Shown here one piece after another: positions 9,477-18,910 of a DNA stretch of 64,000 bases. The DNA is from Escherichia phage teqhad, in the sequence record NC_054933.1, one strand, 5' to 3'. Each line of letters starts with the position of its first letter. Within the stretch, counting starts at the first letter, position 1. Under the pieces are notes generated by a model that did no database searches, had not been told where the DNA came from, and worked only from the letters and a program-made list of their open reading frames with translations. The translations under genes were made by a program, and so were the position numbers.

Positions 9477-9812
9477 TTATTCTTCGTCTAGCTCGTCGAT
9501 AAAGGCGTCGATGGCCTCGACAACGGCATCATTGATAGCCAATAAAATAAAATCATCGTCAGTACCTTTAGAAGATTTTAAAGCATTGATATATGCTTGG
9601 TTGGCGAGTTCCCAAGCCTTTTTAAAATAAGGAGCTTCATCATCGGGGCCAACGAAACGTACGCCTTCAAAGATACGGTTAGCATAATCCAATACCCACT
9701 GTACAGGCATGTTTTGAGAACGTTCGTTAAACTCTTTAAATTCCTTAGATTCAAAAAGCTCTTCAGGATAATCATTTCTATTACAAAAAGCTTTACTAAA
9801 GTTACGTTTCAT
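9477..9812 (-). CDS. hypothetical acidic protein (111 aa)
   Basis: ORF track; acidic C-terminus IDAFIDELDEE. Confidence 0.5.
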   Translation of the reverse strand: MKRNFSKAFCNRNDYPEELFESKEFKEFNERSQNMPVQWVLDYANRIFEGVRFVGPDDEAPYFKKAWELANQAYINALKSSKGTDDDFILLAINDAVVEAIDAFIDELDEE

Positions 9813-9855
9813 AATGTTTTCCTTGTGATGATAAGTCTATAGTAACGCCTTCATA

Positions 9856-10020
9856 CTTAGATGTAAACTATTTCAACATCGCCTTTTGCTGTTTTATAAC
9901 CTTCAGCCCAAGATACAACCGAGTTTTTATCTGAAGATTCAAATTCTGGCATTGGGCTTTCGCCAATGTTCACGCAGTATGTTTCTTCATTTTCGTCGAA
10001 CCAAATAATTAAAGTAGTCA
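9856..10020 (-). CDS. small hypothetical protein (about 54 aa), below the ORF-track cut-off
   Basis: Read by eye: MTTLIIWFDENEETYCVNIGESPMPEF... Confidence 0.3.
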
Positions 10021-10089
10021 TTTATTTCTCCGTTTCTGTATTTGTTTTGATAAGTCTATAATAACACCATCCTTGGTGTTTGTACACAA

Positions 10090-10416
10090 TTATTTCATAT
10101 TATTGAAATATTCTTCTGCGATTTCGTCGTTATCATGGTAAACTTTAGAAGACAGTTTAACATAACCTTCAGCAGTGAACATGTTAATCACAACCTTTAC
10201 AGTATACCACTGACCATCTTCATTACCCATTACTGCGTAAGTTTCAAACATCGGATGGTCAGGACCGATAACTTTAATATCATTCACTGTACGACCGAAA
10301 TCTTCTGAAACACATTTCATAAAGAAGTTGAACAGCTCACCGTAATTATCCATTTCATTCTCCAAGTTGTTTTCTGTATCAGTAGTTGATAGTTGTATAG
10401 TACCATGGAAGGGCAA
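10090..10416 (-). CDS. hypothetical protein
   Basis: ORF track start is TTG; true start may be the internal MDNYGELF. Confidence 0.5.
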   Translation of the reverse strand: MPFHGTIQLSTTDTENNLENEMDNYGELFNFFMKCVSEDFGRTVNDIKVIGPDHPMFETYAVMGNEDGQWYTVKVVINMFTAEGYVKLSSKVYHDNDEIAEEYFNNMK

Positions 10417-10561
10417 GGATGTAAACCGTTTTGTGAAAAAATTTTTAAAAAGTTTTGGGGAATTCTAGGGCAGGAAGGGGAAATCAAAGGATAGGATAAT
10501 ATATTATAAAGGGTAGAAACTAAATGATGTCTAGAGAGGCCCGGAAAGGCCTAGATACCAA

Positions 10562-10590
10562 AAAGCCCCAACCTTTCGGCTAGGGCTAAG
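10562..10590 (-). terminator. rho-independent terminator hairpin downstream of the IP-like gene
   Basis: Plus-strand aaaagccccaacctttcggctagggct; the minus strand reads a GC hairpin followed by a T-run. Confidence 0.6.
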
Positions 10591-10594
10591 AATG

Positions 10595-11068
10595 TTATTT
10601 GATTTGTTTAGCAGACCAAATGCGATCTTTAATAATTTTTTGGATGTCTTCAACATACTCTAGGTCATGAGCATGTGGATTATCTTTGAAACTATGAGCT
10701 CGCGCAAGTTTCTGGCCTTCGGTCTTAATTATCAAAAGTTCTTTAAGAATTGCTTCATACCTAGAGATAATTCCTTTAGCAATATTTTTTTCTTGTGCTG
10801 CTTTAGGGTCAGCCTTAGGAGCAGGTTTACCTGAAGCCTTTGCAAAAGCAGCTCCAGTAGCAACTAAACTTTTCCAGGCCATACTAACTGCATTTCCCGT
10901 AAATCCTTCTGCTTTCATGTCGCGAGCAAATTGGAATCGTGATTCATCAGAAGCATCTTTATAGGAATATTTACCCGCTGCAATGGCTGCTTTTGCGACA
11001 GCTTGAATTTCGGTGCTAAACGCTTCATTTAACACCGCTTCATTTAAAAATTGAGTATATGATTTCAT
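10595..11068 (-). CDS. internal-protein-like protein with a divergent capsid-targeting N-terminus
   Basis: MKSYTQFLNEAVLNEAF resembles the IP CTS MKTYQEFIAEA; Ala- and Lys-rich body. Confidence 0.55.
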   Translation of the reverse strand: MKSYTQFLNEAVLNEAFSTEIQAVAKAAIAAGKYSYKDASDESRFQFARDMKAEGFTGNAVSMAWKSLVATGAAFAKASGKPAPKADPKAAQEKNIAKGIISRYEAILKELLIIKTEGQKLARAHSFKDNPHAHDLEYVEDIQKIIKDRIWSAKQIK

Positions 11069-11118
11069 CTTATTTCCTGTTTTAATTTGTAGATTTAATA
11101 TACTTATTTATACTAAAA

Positions 11119-11146
11119 AGCCCCAACCTTTCGGCTGGGGCTAAGC
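11119..11146 (-). terminator. terminator hairpin, near-identical copy of the one at 10562..10590
   Basis: aaaagccccaacctttcggctggggct. Confidence 0.55.
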
Positions 11147-11149
11147 CTT

Positions 11150-11455
11150 GCGGCAACCTTGTCGGGGTTCCACCTGCTAAGGCAAGTGTTTGTACGAAAC
11201 GCCGGGATTCGAACCCGGTTATCAAGCAGTTGACGCTACTCAATATTTTTAAAAGGCCATATCTCGACCATATCCGAACGTTCCGTCAAAAACGCTACTC
11301 GGCTTACGGCAAAGATATTTCCTCGAATCGATAATTCGGTGCGCCGTTTCTGCTGTGATGTAAGGGGATATTAACAAATCATAAAGATTTATTAAGACCA
11401 GTCCTTACTCAGGGAACATCAGTCCGACGTCTTGCCGGTAGCGACCCGGCTTCTT
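11150..11455 (-). ncRNA. possible small stable RNAs of the tRNA cluster (T4 rnaC/rnaD-like)
   Basis: Non-coding stretch downstream of tRNA-Arg with a T-arm-like gggattcgaaccc at about 11211..11227 and paired termini (cgaaacg / cgtttc); position parallels T4 species 1 and 2 RNAs. Confidence 0.25.
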
Positions 11456-11458
11456 GTT

Positions 11459-11534
11459 TGGTCGAGGCAGTAGGGATCGAACCTACGACCCAGGACTTAG
11501 AAGGTCCTTGCTCTTCCTTCTGAGCTATGCCCCG
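11459..11534 (-). tRNA. tRNA-Arg (anticodon UCU)
   Basis: Cloverleaf read by eye on the minus strand; T-arm gtagg-gatcgaa-cctac; anticodon loop CUUCUAA; encoded CCA. Confidence 0.7.
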
Positions 11535-11538
11535 TAAT

Positions 11539-11614
11539 TGGGGTGACCGATGGGAGTCGAACCCATGACTACGAGAATCACAATCTCGAGTTCTACCAAC
11601 TGAACTACGGCCAC
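11539..11614 (-). tRNA. tRNA-His (anticodon GUG), tentative
   Basis: T-arm atggg-agtcgaa-cccat; anticodon loop UUGUGAU; discriminator C73. Confidence 0.5.
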
Positions 11615-11728
11615 ATTAATACCTACTCCAACAATCAAGATGTCTTCACACGAAATTAAGAGAAGAGTGATCAGTTCAACCCCTATAATCGCGTCAAGTA
11701 GATATTAATGTGACAGTTGTCACAAATT

Positions 11729-11803
11729 TGGCGGACGTGATAGGATTCGAACCTATAACCAATCGCTTAACAGGCGATCGCTCTGCCATTGAGCTACACA
11801 TCC
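11729..11803 (-). tRNA. tRNA-Asn (anticodon GUU), tentative
   Basis: T-arm atagg-attcgaa-cctat; anticodon loop CUGUUAA. Confidence 0.55.
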
Positions 11804-11807
11804 AAAT

Positions 11808-11894
11808 TGGTGGGGAGTGGTGGAGTCGAACCACCCGAGTCGCAATGACAATGGATTTACAGTCCACACCGCTACCTCTACGGGATAACTCCCC
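11808..11894 (-). tRNA. tRNA-Tyr (anticodon GUA), class II with long variable arm
   Basis: Anticodon loop CUGUAAA; long variable arm; overall pattern parallels E. coli tRNA-Tyr. Confidence 0.6.
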
Positions 11895-11907
11895 TTAATT
11901 CTTAATT

Positions 11908-11982
11908 TGGTGGCCCTGGGTGGAATTGAACCACCATCTGGCGATTATGAGTCGCTTGCTTGAACCTTCCAGCTACAGGGCC
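11908..11982 (-). tRNA. tRNA-Ile (anticodon CAU, presumably lysidine-modified) or tRNA-Met
   Basis: Anticodon loop CUCAUAA; acceptor ggccctg/cagggcc; T4 tRNA-Ile also carries CAU. Confidence 0.7.
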
Positions 11983-11983
11983 T

Positions 11984-12059
11984 TGGTGCTGATTGACGGA
12001 ATCGAACCGCCGACCTTCTCATTACAAGTGAGTTGCTCTACCTACTGAGCTAAATCAGC
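11984..12059 (-). tRNA. tRNA-Thr (anticodon UGU)
   Basis: Anticodon loop CUUGUAA; T-arm ggcgg-uucgauu-ccguc. Confidence 0.75.
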
Positions 12060-12064
12060 AAAAC

Positions 12065-12154
12065 TGGCGGAGGCGATAGGATTTGAACCTATGAGTCGCC
12101 GGAGCGACTGCCGGTTTTCAAGACCGGTGCATTAAACCACTCTGCCACGCCTCC
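12065..12154 (-). tRNA. tRNA-Ser (anticodon UGA), class II
   Basis: Reverse complement reads GGAGGCGUGGCAGAGUGG...CUUGAAA...GGUUCAAAUCC...CGCCUCCGCCA, matching T4 tRNA-Ser as recalled. Confidence 0.85.
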
Positions 12155-12156
12155 AG

Positions 12157-12230
12157 TCTCCATACAAGGATTTGAACCTTGGACCTCCTGATCCCAAATC
12201 AGGCGCTCTACCAAACTGAGCTACACGGAG
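12157..12230 (-). tRNA. tRNA-Pro (anticodon UGG), no encoded CCA, abuts tRNA-Ser
   Basis: Anticodon loop UUUGGGA; T-arm caagg-atttgaa-ccttg; 3' end 2-3 nt from the tRNA-Ser 5' end. Confidence 0.75.
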
Positions 12231-12240
12231 TAAATTAAAT

Positions 12241-12314
<74 letters not shown>

Positions 12315-12319
12315 AAATT

Positions 12320-12406
12320 TGGTGCGAGAAGTGGGACTCGAACCCACAAGGAAATCATTCCGCAGCATTTTAAGTGCTGTGCCTTTACCAATTTGACCAT
12401 TCTCGC
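12320..12406 (-). tRNA. tRNA-Leu (anticodon UAA), class II
   Basis: Reverse complement reads GCGAGAAUGGUCAAAUUGGUAAAGGCACAGCACUUAAAAUGCUGCGG...GGUUCGAGUCCCACUUCUCGCACCA. Confidence 0.85.
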
Positions 12407-12412
12407 TCTATA

Positions 12413-13045
12413 TTATTTATTACGTGAAAAAGATTGTTCTATCAATTCTGGACACTTTCGTTCTATCCATTTTCTAGCTTTTTGTGGGCTTATACCTATT
12501 ATTTTAGCAGCTTTACTAACCCATCCAAATTTAGAATAATCGATTTTAACTAATTCTTCGTAAATTTCATCAGTTAAAATCTTTTCATTAATATTTACCA
12601 GTAAATGATATAATTTATTATCATTAGCAATTTTAATGAATCTTTTATAGTTTCCGCCTTTACTTAAACCTAATGAAGTAATTGCAGATGATATAGTAGC
12701 CGAATTTAATAATGCGTTTAAAATTTCTTCATCACTAACATTATAACGCTTTTTATTATTTTTAATATTTTTACCAGCAAAAGTATCAGTTTGCGAATGG
12801 CAATTTGGACATAATAATCTTAAATTTGATTTAAGATGATTTTTATTATTTCCATCAATATGGTCTAATTGCAGAACAATATGCTTATTTTGCCATTTTG
12901 AAATTTTACAAATTGCACACTCATATGGAAAAATATTTTCTTTTATTATTTTGTCTTTCAGCTTTCCTGTACTAAAATTTGGATGTTTTCCTTCAAAAAT
13001 TTCAGCTAATTTAGTATCCATAATATAATTCCCAATTATTAACAA
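12413..13045 (-). CDS. free-standing HNH homing endonuclease with C-terminal helix-turn-helix
   Basis: HNH core LQLDHIDGNNKNHLKSNLRLLCPNCHSQTD; C-terminal WVSKAAKIIGISPQKARKWIER HTH-like; probable true start at MDTKL. Confidence 0.8.
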   Translation of the reverse strand: MLIIGNYIMDTKLAEIFEGKHPNFSTGKLKDKIIKENIFPYECAICKISKWQNKHIVLQLDHIDGNNKNHLKSNLRLLCPNCHSQTDTFAGKNIKNNKKRYNVSDEEILNALLNSATISSAITSLGLSKGGNYKRFIKIANDNKLYHLLVNINEKILTDEIYEELVKIDYSKFGWVSKAAKIIGISPQKARKWIERKCPELIEQSFSRNK

Positions 13046-13120
13046 AGGCTCTCAAACAAGAGCCCTTGATGATAGAGGGTATTAATCAGTGCGGTATGAG
13101 TTAATAATAACAAATAATTC

Positions 13121-13645
13121 TTAAAGCAAATTAAACATTTTAACGGTCGGCAAAACAATTTCTTCTTCTATATAAGAGTATTTAACACTCTCAACTACAC
13201 GCAAAAAATCATAATCATAATACTCAGAAGCATTACCTAAAATATTAATAAGTCCTTCAAGCACTTTATTACCATTCACAAAGAATAAGTCAAATACACG
13301 TTCTTCGTCTTCTTCGGATTTATTACCAAGGTCAACTTCTATGTCAAAGACCTTTTTAATGAATTCTGGATAAAGTTGTTCTGAGAACAGTCCTTCAACC
13401 AAGTATTCATAAATAAAAAGCGATTGCTCGCTGAACAAGCCATTACCACAATAACGTTCAGCTTTAGTACTAGAATGTCTGCTTTTAAACTTCTTTAAAA
13501 GATATTGGAATTGTAAGATTTCATGCTCTTCTACGCCAAACAGTGTTTTAGTTTTATAGTTGTCACCATCATTTTCCCAGGTAGTGACATCAATTACGTA
13601 ACCCTGCGGAATTGTAGTACCTAAACAAATATTCATTTTCACCAC
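13121..13645 (-). CDS. hypothetical protein (174 aa)
   Basis: ORF track; acidic, no recognised motif. Confidence 0.5.
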   Translation of the reverse strand: MVKMNICLGTTIPQGYVIDVTTWENDGDNYKTKTLFGVEEHEILQFQYLLKKFKSRHSSTKAERYCGNGLFSEQSLFIYEYLVEGLFSEQLYPEFIKKVFDIEVDLGNKSEEDEERVFDLFFVNGNKVLEGLINILGNASEYYDYDFLRVVESVKYSYIEEEIVLPTVKMFNLL

Positions 13646-13929
13646 GCTGCATTAATATACGTTTTCTGAATACATTCAAGACCCAAAGGATTCTTGAAAA
13701 TATCATATTCAAGAGGACCTTTTTCTGTTTCAATAAAGAAATCAAAATTTACTGTATTAAATTTACGGTCTTCCTTCACTAATTTAACCTGAGAAGATGA
13801 ACGGTCAATGTAAACCTTTTCAACTTCAAAACATGTTAAAATGCCATAATCATCAATCAAGGCTTTAGCTGCTTCTTGATCATATTTATATCCATTTTCA
13901 ACGGATGATACTTTAGCATAAAGAATCAT
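13639..13929 (-). CDS. hypothetical protein (96 aa)
   Basis: ORF track. Confidence 0.5.
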   Translation of the reverse strand: MILYAKVSSVENGYKYDQEAAKALIDDYGILTCFEVEKVYIDRSSSQVKLVKEDRKFNTVNFDFFIETEKGPLEYDIFKNPLGLECIQKTYINAAW

Positions 13930-13931
13930 TA

Positions 13932-14342
13932 TCAGCCTCTATCAACGATAGTATGAGTATGGGCATTTACGATTTGCCACCAGTCAAAGCGATTAGAACC
14001 ATAATCTGGTTTATTTTCATTTTCTTTAATGATATCACGCAGTTTATCTTCTGTTTCAGCATACGCAATTAAATCATCATATCCACCACAAGGGTAATAA
14101 TTATCACCTGCGAATAAAAGAAAATTTACCTTAGATGGATTTAAGTAATAATGGTCTTTAGGATATTTAGTTCCTCTCCAATCAGTTACTTCAACATAAC
14201 GGTAAGAAAATCCATTTTTACTTTCAATCCAACTCCACGCTTCAAAAGGAGTATTAAAAACTTTATCAGGTATTAAATTACCTTCAAAATGAGAAGGATT
14301 TGCATAATCCCCAGCATAAACATAATATTCGTTAATACTCAT
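13932..14342 (-). CDS. hypothetical protein (136 aa)
   Basis: ORF track; aromatic-rich. Confidence 0.5.
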   Translation of the reverse strand: MSINEYYVYAGDYANPSHFEGNLIPDKVFNTPFEAWSWIESKNGFSYRYVEVTDWRGTKYPKDHYYLNPSKVNFLLFAGDNYYPCGGYDDLIAYAETEDKLRDIIKENENKPDYGSNRFDWWQIVNAHTHTIVDRG

Positions 14343-14528
14343 TTATTCACCTTTAGAAATTTTATCCATAACGATAGCAATTAAACCAATTAAAAATGCT
14401 ACTACAAGTGAAAAAACATTTTCTGCTGTAGTCAATAATCCGCATATAAATCCAACAAACATTGAAAAACTAAAAGCAGAAGCAGAAATTGCAATAGCAA
14501 CATTTCGAATTAATTCACAACGTTTCAT
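14343..14528 (-). CDS. small two-helix membrane protein (61 aa)
   Basis: Hydrophobic helices AIAISASAFSFSMFVGFICGLL and VVAFLIGLIAIV. Confidence 0.5.
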   Translation of the reverse strand: MKRCELIRNVAIAISASAFSFSMFVGFICGLLTTAENVFSLVVAFLIGLIAIVMDKISKGE

Positions 14529-14586
14529 TTTATTCTCCTCAGTAGTAGATAGGGTAATAGTATCACTACCCTATCTAAAAGTAAAC
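14529..14586 (-). promoter_or_regulatory. early-promoter-like element (copy 1 of a repeated module)
   Basis: Minus strand reads aagTTTAC-(18 nt)-TACTAT...gaggagaataaaATG; the 22-mer gatagggtaatagtatcactac recurs at 14850..14871. Confidence 0.4.
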
Positions 14587-14838
14587 TTATTTTTTACGAA
14601 AAATTGATTTATATTTATCAGCCCATTTCTCGATGACTTTTTCTGGTCCATAGATAACAAAATAATCACCAAACTCTTCACCACCGAGTTGACCGAAATT
14701 ATCTAATGCATCACGAAGAACTCCATGAGGCATTTCGCCCATTTTATCTTTCTTACCAATGTAAATAAACTCAACTTTTACATCAGCAGCTTCAGCAATA
14801 AATTCTTGATACGTTTTCATTTTATTCTCCAATTTCAC
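14587..14838 (-). CDS. ipI: internal protein I (IPI)-like, capsid-targeted, with a divergent effector domain
   Basis: Internal ATG gives MKTYQEFIAEA, an exact IP capsid-targeting sequence; position next to 57B parallels T4 ipI; the mature part is unlike T4 IPI as recalled. Confidence 0.7.
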   Translation of the reverse strand: MKLENKMKTYQEFIAEAADVKVEFIYIGKKDKMGEMPHGVLRDALDNFGQLGGEEFGDYFVIYGPEKVIEKWADKYKSIFRKK

Positions 14839-14898
14839 ATTTGTTTTGATAGGGTAATAGTATCACTACTAAAACCCCGTGTAAACAACTTTGTGAAA
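14839..14898 (-). promoter_or_regulatory. early-promoter-like element (copy 2) upstream of the ipI-like gene
   Basis: Minus strand reads gttgTTTACAcggggttttagtagtgaTACTATtaccc...; shares the 22-mer with 14529..14586. Confidence 0.4.
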
Positions 14899-15595
<697 letters not shown>

Positions 15596-15596
<1 letters not shown>

Positions 15597-16348
15597 TATA
15601 GTACCTTTAGTGTATTTTTAATTTTAGAAAAAAGTTCTTCAAGAGAACCATCGTTTGTAATTACTAAATCACCATCACGAATTGGCAATCCAGCTTCTGT
15701 AATATGTGTATCATTGGATTTTTGACCAGGACGAACTACATGAATTACTGTAGCACCCATCGCCCTAGCCGCATCCATTTCATGATCTTGACGAGTATCA
15801 GGAACAATATAATAATCATAACCTGAGTTAAATTTATCAAGATAATCTAAAGCAAATAATTTTACCCAGTACATGCGGTCGAAGTTATTAACAATCAAAT
15901 CCGTACCTAGGGCTTGCATCAGACGACGGACTGACCATTGATCTTCAATATTATTTATAACGTCAGCAATCTTGTTAAATGCTACGAAATTAACTACGTC
16001 ATCAAAAACAAACACACCTTTAATTGGGCTTTTACTATTAAGATAGCAAAATGCTTGTTCCATAATCGTAATTACTTCTAATTTAGTCAGATTTAAATTA
16101 GTTTCACGATCATAGTCAATTCCTTCAAACTCTTTACGAGTTAAACAAGGATAGTCAGTGTTTGCTGCAAATACACCCCATGCATAAGCCAATGCATCTT
16201 TAATAGGACCAGCAAGTTGATATTTAACTGCAGAATAATTGCTCATGATAAAATCTGCAGTAGTATCTTTTCCACTACGCTTTACACCGCTTAAAAAGAT
16301 TAGTTTCATGTGTTTCTCCTCAAATTTAATTAAGATTATAACACACAA
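15596..16348 (-). CDS. 1: deoxynucleoside monophosphate kinase
   Basis: MKLIFLSGVKRSGKDTTADF P-loop; true start probably the internal ATG near 16309. Confidence 0.9.
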
Positions 16349-16358
16349 AACTGAAGCA

Positions 16359-16889
16359 TTAAACTTCTGCTATAATTTTTCCATCTTTTTCTACTTGAAA
16401 ATATGTGTAAGGAATCGTTGCAGTACATACTAAAGCCGGGTCTGAATCTTCTGTGTAGCTAAATTCTACTTCAGATAGGTCAGAAACCCAAGGCTTATAA
16501 AAATTTATTGACATCACGATTTCAGTTTTGCTATTATCTAAGATGTAAAGCGTAATGTACTCAGGACCTGTTTTTTGGGCAGTATTTTCACCTGTAAGAT
16601 AGTTGCTAGTTCCTAGCATCCATTCATACATTCCTATCCACGACTTAAGTTCTTCATCAACTATAAATCTCACAATGAGTGGATCATACTCAAATGTAAC
16701 ACCTGGACGTTGTGCTCGGCCCAGTCCAAACGGCCCAGTCACGGTATCAGTAACAGGTATTCTAATTCCTGGAATAGGAACTGACTGAGCATTTAAAGTA
16801 AAAGCAGATGTAGTATTACTATGTGGTATTGATACTACAAAGTTAGTTGTATTTGCTTGGTTAAAAATTTGTTGCAGAGCTTGCGACAT
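16359..16889 (-). CDS. 3: tail completion and sheath stabiliser gp3
   Basis: 176 aa from the internal ATG MSQALQQIFNQ; T4 order 1-3-2-4. Confidence 0.85.
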   Translation of the reverse strand: MSQALQQIFNQANTTNFVVSIPHSNTTSAFTLNAQSVPIPGIRIPVTDTVTGPFGLGRAQRPGVTFEYDPLIVRFIVDEELKSWIGMYEWMLGTSNYLTGENTAQKTGPEYITLYILDNSKTEIVMSINFYKPWVSDLSEVEFSYTEDSDPALVCTATIPYTYFQVEKDGKIIAEV

Positions 16890-16995
16890 ATATTCCTCAT
16901 AATGCTTTATAACTGTTGGTGGTATAATGGGTCTAAGTCTCTTCCATTCAATTCCATTTAGAACAAACAACAGAAAAGAATGGAAGATAATAGAA

Positions 16996-17820
16996 TTAGA
17001 TATTTGACCAGACTTTGTTTGCAGAGAAACGTTTTCCTTTTGAAACGAACTGTTGAAGTGGCATCAACACAACGTTCGCCCAGTCTTTCGGGGCGATTTC
17101 AACAAGGCTACCCATAATATTACCGGGTATATATGCCTTAATCATTTGGTCTGCACCCCTAAATCCTTTCACTTGACTCCAATCAATTTTTAATTTCGTT
17201 TTATTAGTAATAGTAGGTGTATTTGCATATTGCTTTAAAAGCTCTTCTAGAAATTGCTGACGAGCTTTAGGTGGAATATAGTGCAAGTTCAATCCGTACA
17301 TTAAATTATGCTTACCTAAACCAAGGTAAATTATCAAAGGAAATTTATCCCAGTAAGGAAGAGTTTCCTTGTGTTTAGCATCATAAGCAAAAGCATATAT
17401 TCGTCCCGGCTGCGGGCGAACAACTTTATGTCCTTTTACTTGCTTAATAGTTTCAGCAAACCACTTTCTGGTTTTATTATTAATTGCTGCACCTTCATTA
17501 CGAATTTTATCACGCAATGTTTGCCTGAATGAATTTATCATAAGCAGTTGTCTTTCTTGCTTATTGAGTTTATTCATTGGTTTTGATTCAAGCTTTTGAA
17601 TCTTTTCAGCTGTTTTAATTCCTGAAGCATATTTTGACATTGCCGAAGTAAACGTAGAGTATTTGATTCCTCTTTCTTCAGCAAATTGCTTTCCTGTCAT
17701 TCCTTTTGCTTTGGCCTTTTTGTATTCAAGACCTATCTGAATCCATTTCTTTTCGTTTAATGATTGCTTAACCTTTGGAACTTGGGGAGTGCTTTCATTA
17801 ATTATTTGAAAAATAGCCAT
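16996..17820 (-). CDS. 2: DNA end protector gp2
   Basis: 274 aa, size and position as in T4. Confidence 0.9.
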
Positions 17821-18272
17821 TATGCCCCCTTAAAGCCAAGAGCTCGTAATCCATCTTCTGTTAGAATTCTAAATTTTATTCCACGCTTTTCAGCTAAAGC
17901 TTGCGCTGCTTTCCATTTATCAGTATTAACGGAATATGTATAAATTTCATTCATAAATCTTTTCTTCGCTGCAGTTGTTAGATGTGCTGGTTTAACTGGT
18001 GGTTGTGTTTCTTTTTTAGGTTTTATTTCAATAAAAAATTCTTGTCCAGAAGAATCTTTCATCCAAATATCCATGAAGTATCTACGTTTTTTCCCTTCTG
18101 CATTACAAAAATAAGGAATTACTGCTGTTTCACTACCCCATGCAATAATTTCTGGATTTTTATCTAACCATTCAAAAAAGAATTTTTCCCAATTTGATCT
18201 ATACGTAATTTTTTTAGGGTCACCTCTATATTTTGATATATTTTTAGGAACCCATTTTCCAGAATATGCCAT
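17820..18272 (-). CDS. 4: head completion protein gp4
   Basis: 150 aa, size and position as in T4. Confidence 0.9.
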
Positions 18273-18283
18273 TGGATTCTCCT

Positions 18284-18291
18284 TATAAATA
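18284..18291 (+). promoter_or_regulatory. late promoter TATAAATA upstream of gene 53
   Basis: Exact TATAAATA about 30 nt before the gp53 ATG. Confidence 0.6.
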
Positions 18292-18319
18292 GATAATATA
18301 TTTATAAACAGGAGGGCCC

Positions 18320-18910
18320 ATGCTCTTTACATTTTTTGATCCGATTGAATATGCGGCCAAAACGGTGAATAAAAACGCGCCGACTATTCCTATGACAGAT
18401 ATTTTTAGAAACTATAAAGACTATTTCAAACGTGCTCTTGCGGGATACCGCTTACGTACTTATTATATTAAAGGTTCACCACGCCCGGAAGAATTAGCAA
18501 ATACTATATATGGAAATCCACAGTTGTATTGGGTTTTATTGATGTGTAATGATAATTATGACCCGTATTATGGATGGATTACTTCGCAAGAAGCTGCTTA
18601 TCAAGCATCTATACAAAAATACAAAAACGTAGGTGGAGACCAAATAGTATATCATGTAAATGAGAACGGTGAAAAATTTTATAATTTAATATCATACGAT
18701 GATAATCCATATGTTTGGTATGACAAAGGTGATAAAGCTAGAAAATATCCTCAATATGAAGGAGCACTTGCTGCGGTCGATACGTATGAAGCTGCTGTTC
18801 TTGAAAATGAAAAACTTCGTCAAATAAAAATAATAGCAAAATCAGACATTAATTCATTTATGAACGACCTTATACGTATAATGGAGAAATCTTATGGAAA
18901 TGATAAGTAA
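18320..18910 (+). CDS. 53: baseplate wedge protein gp53
   Basis: 196 aa, T4 order. Confidence 0.9.
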   Translation: MLFTFFDPIEYAAKTVNKNAPTIPMTDIFRNYKDYFKRALAGYRLRTYYIKGSPRPEELANTIYGNPQLYWVLLMCNDNYDPYYGWITSQEAAYQASIQKYKNVGGDQIVYHVNENGEKFYNLISYDDNPYVWYDKGDKARKYPQYEGALAAVDTYEAAVLENEKLRQIKIIAKSDINSFMNDLIRIMEKSYGNDK

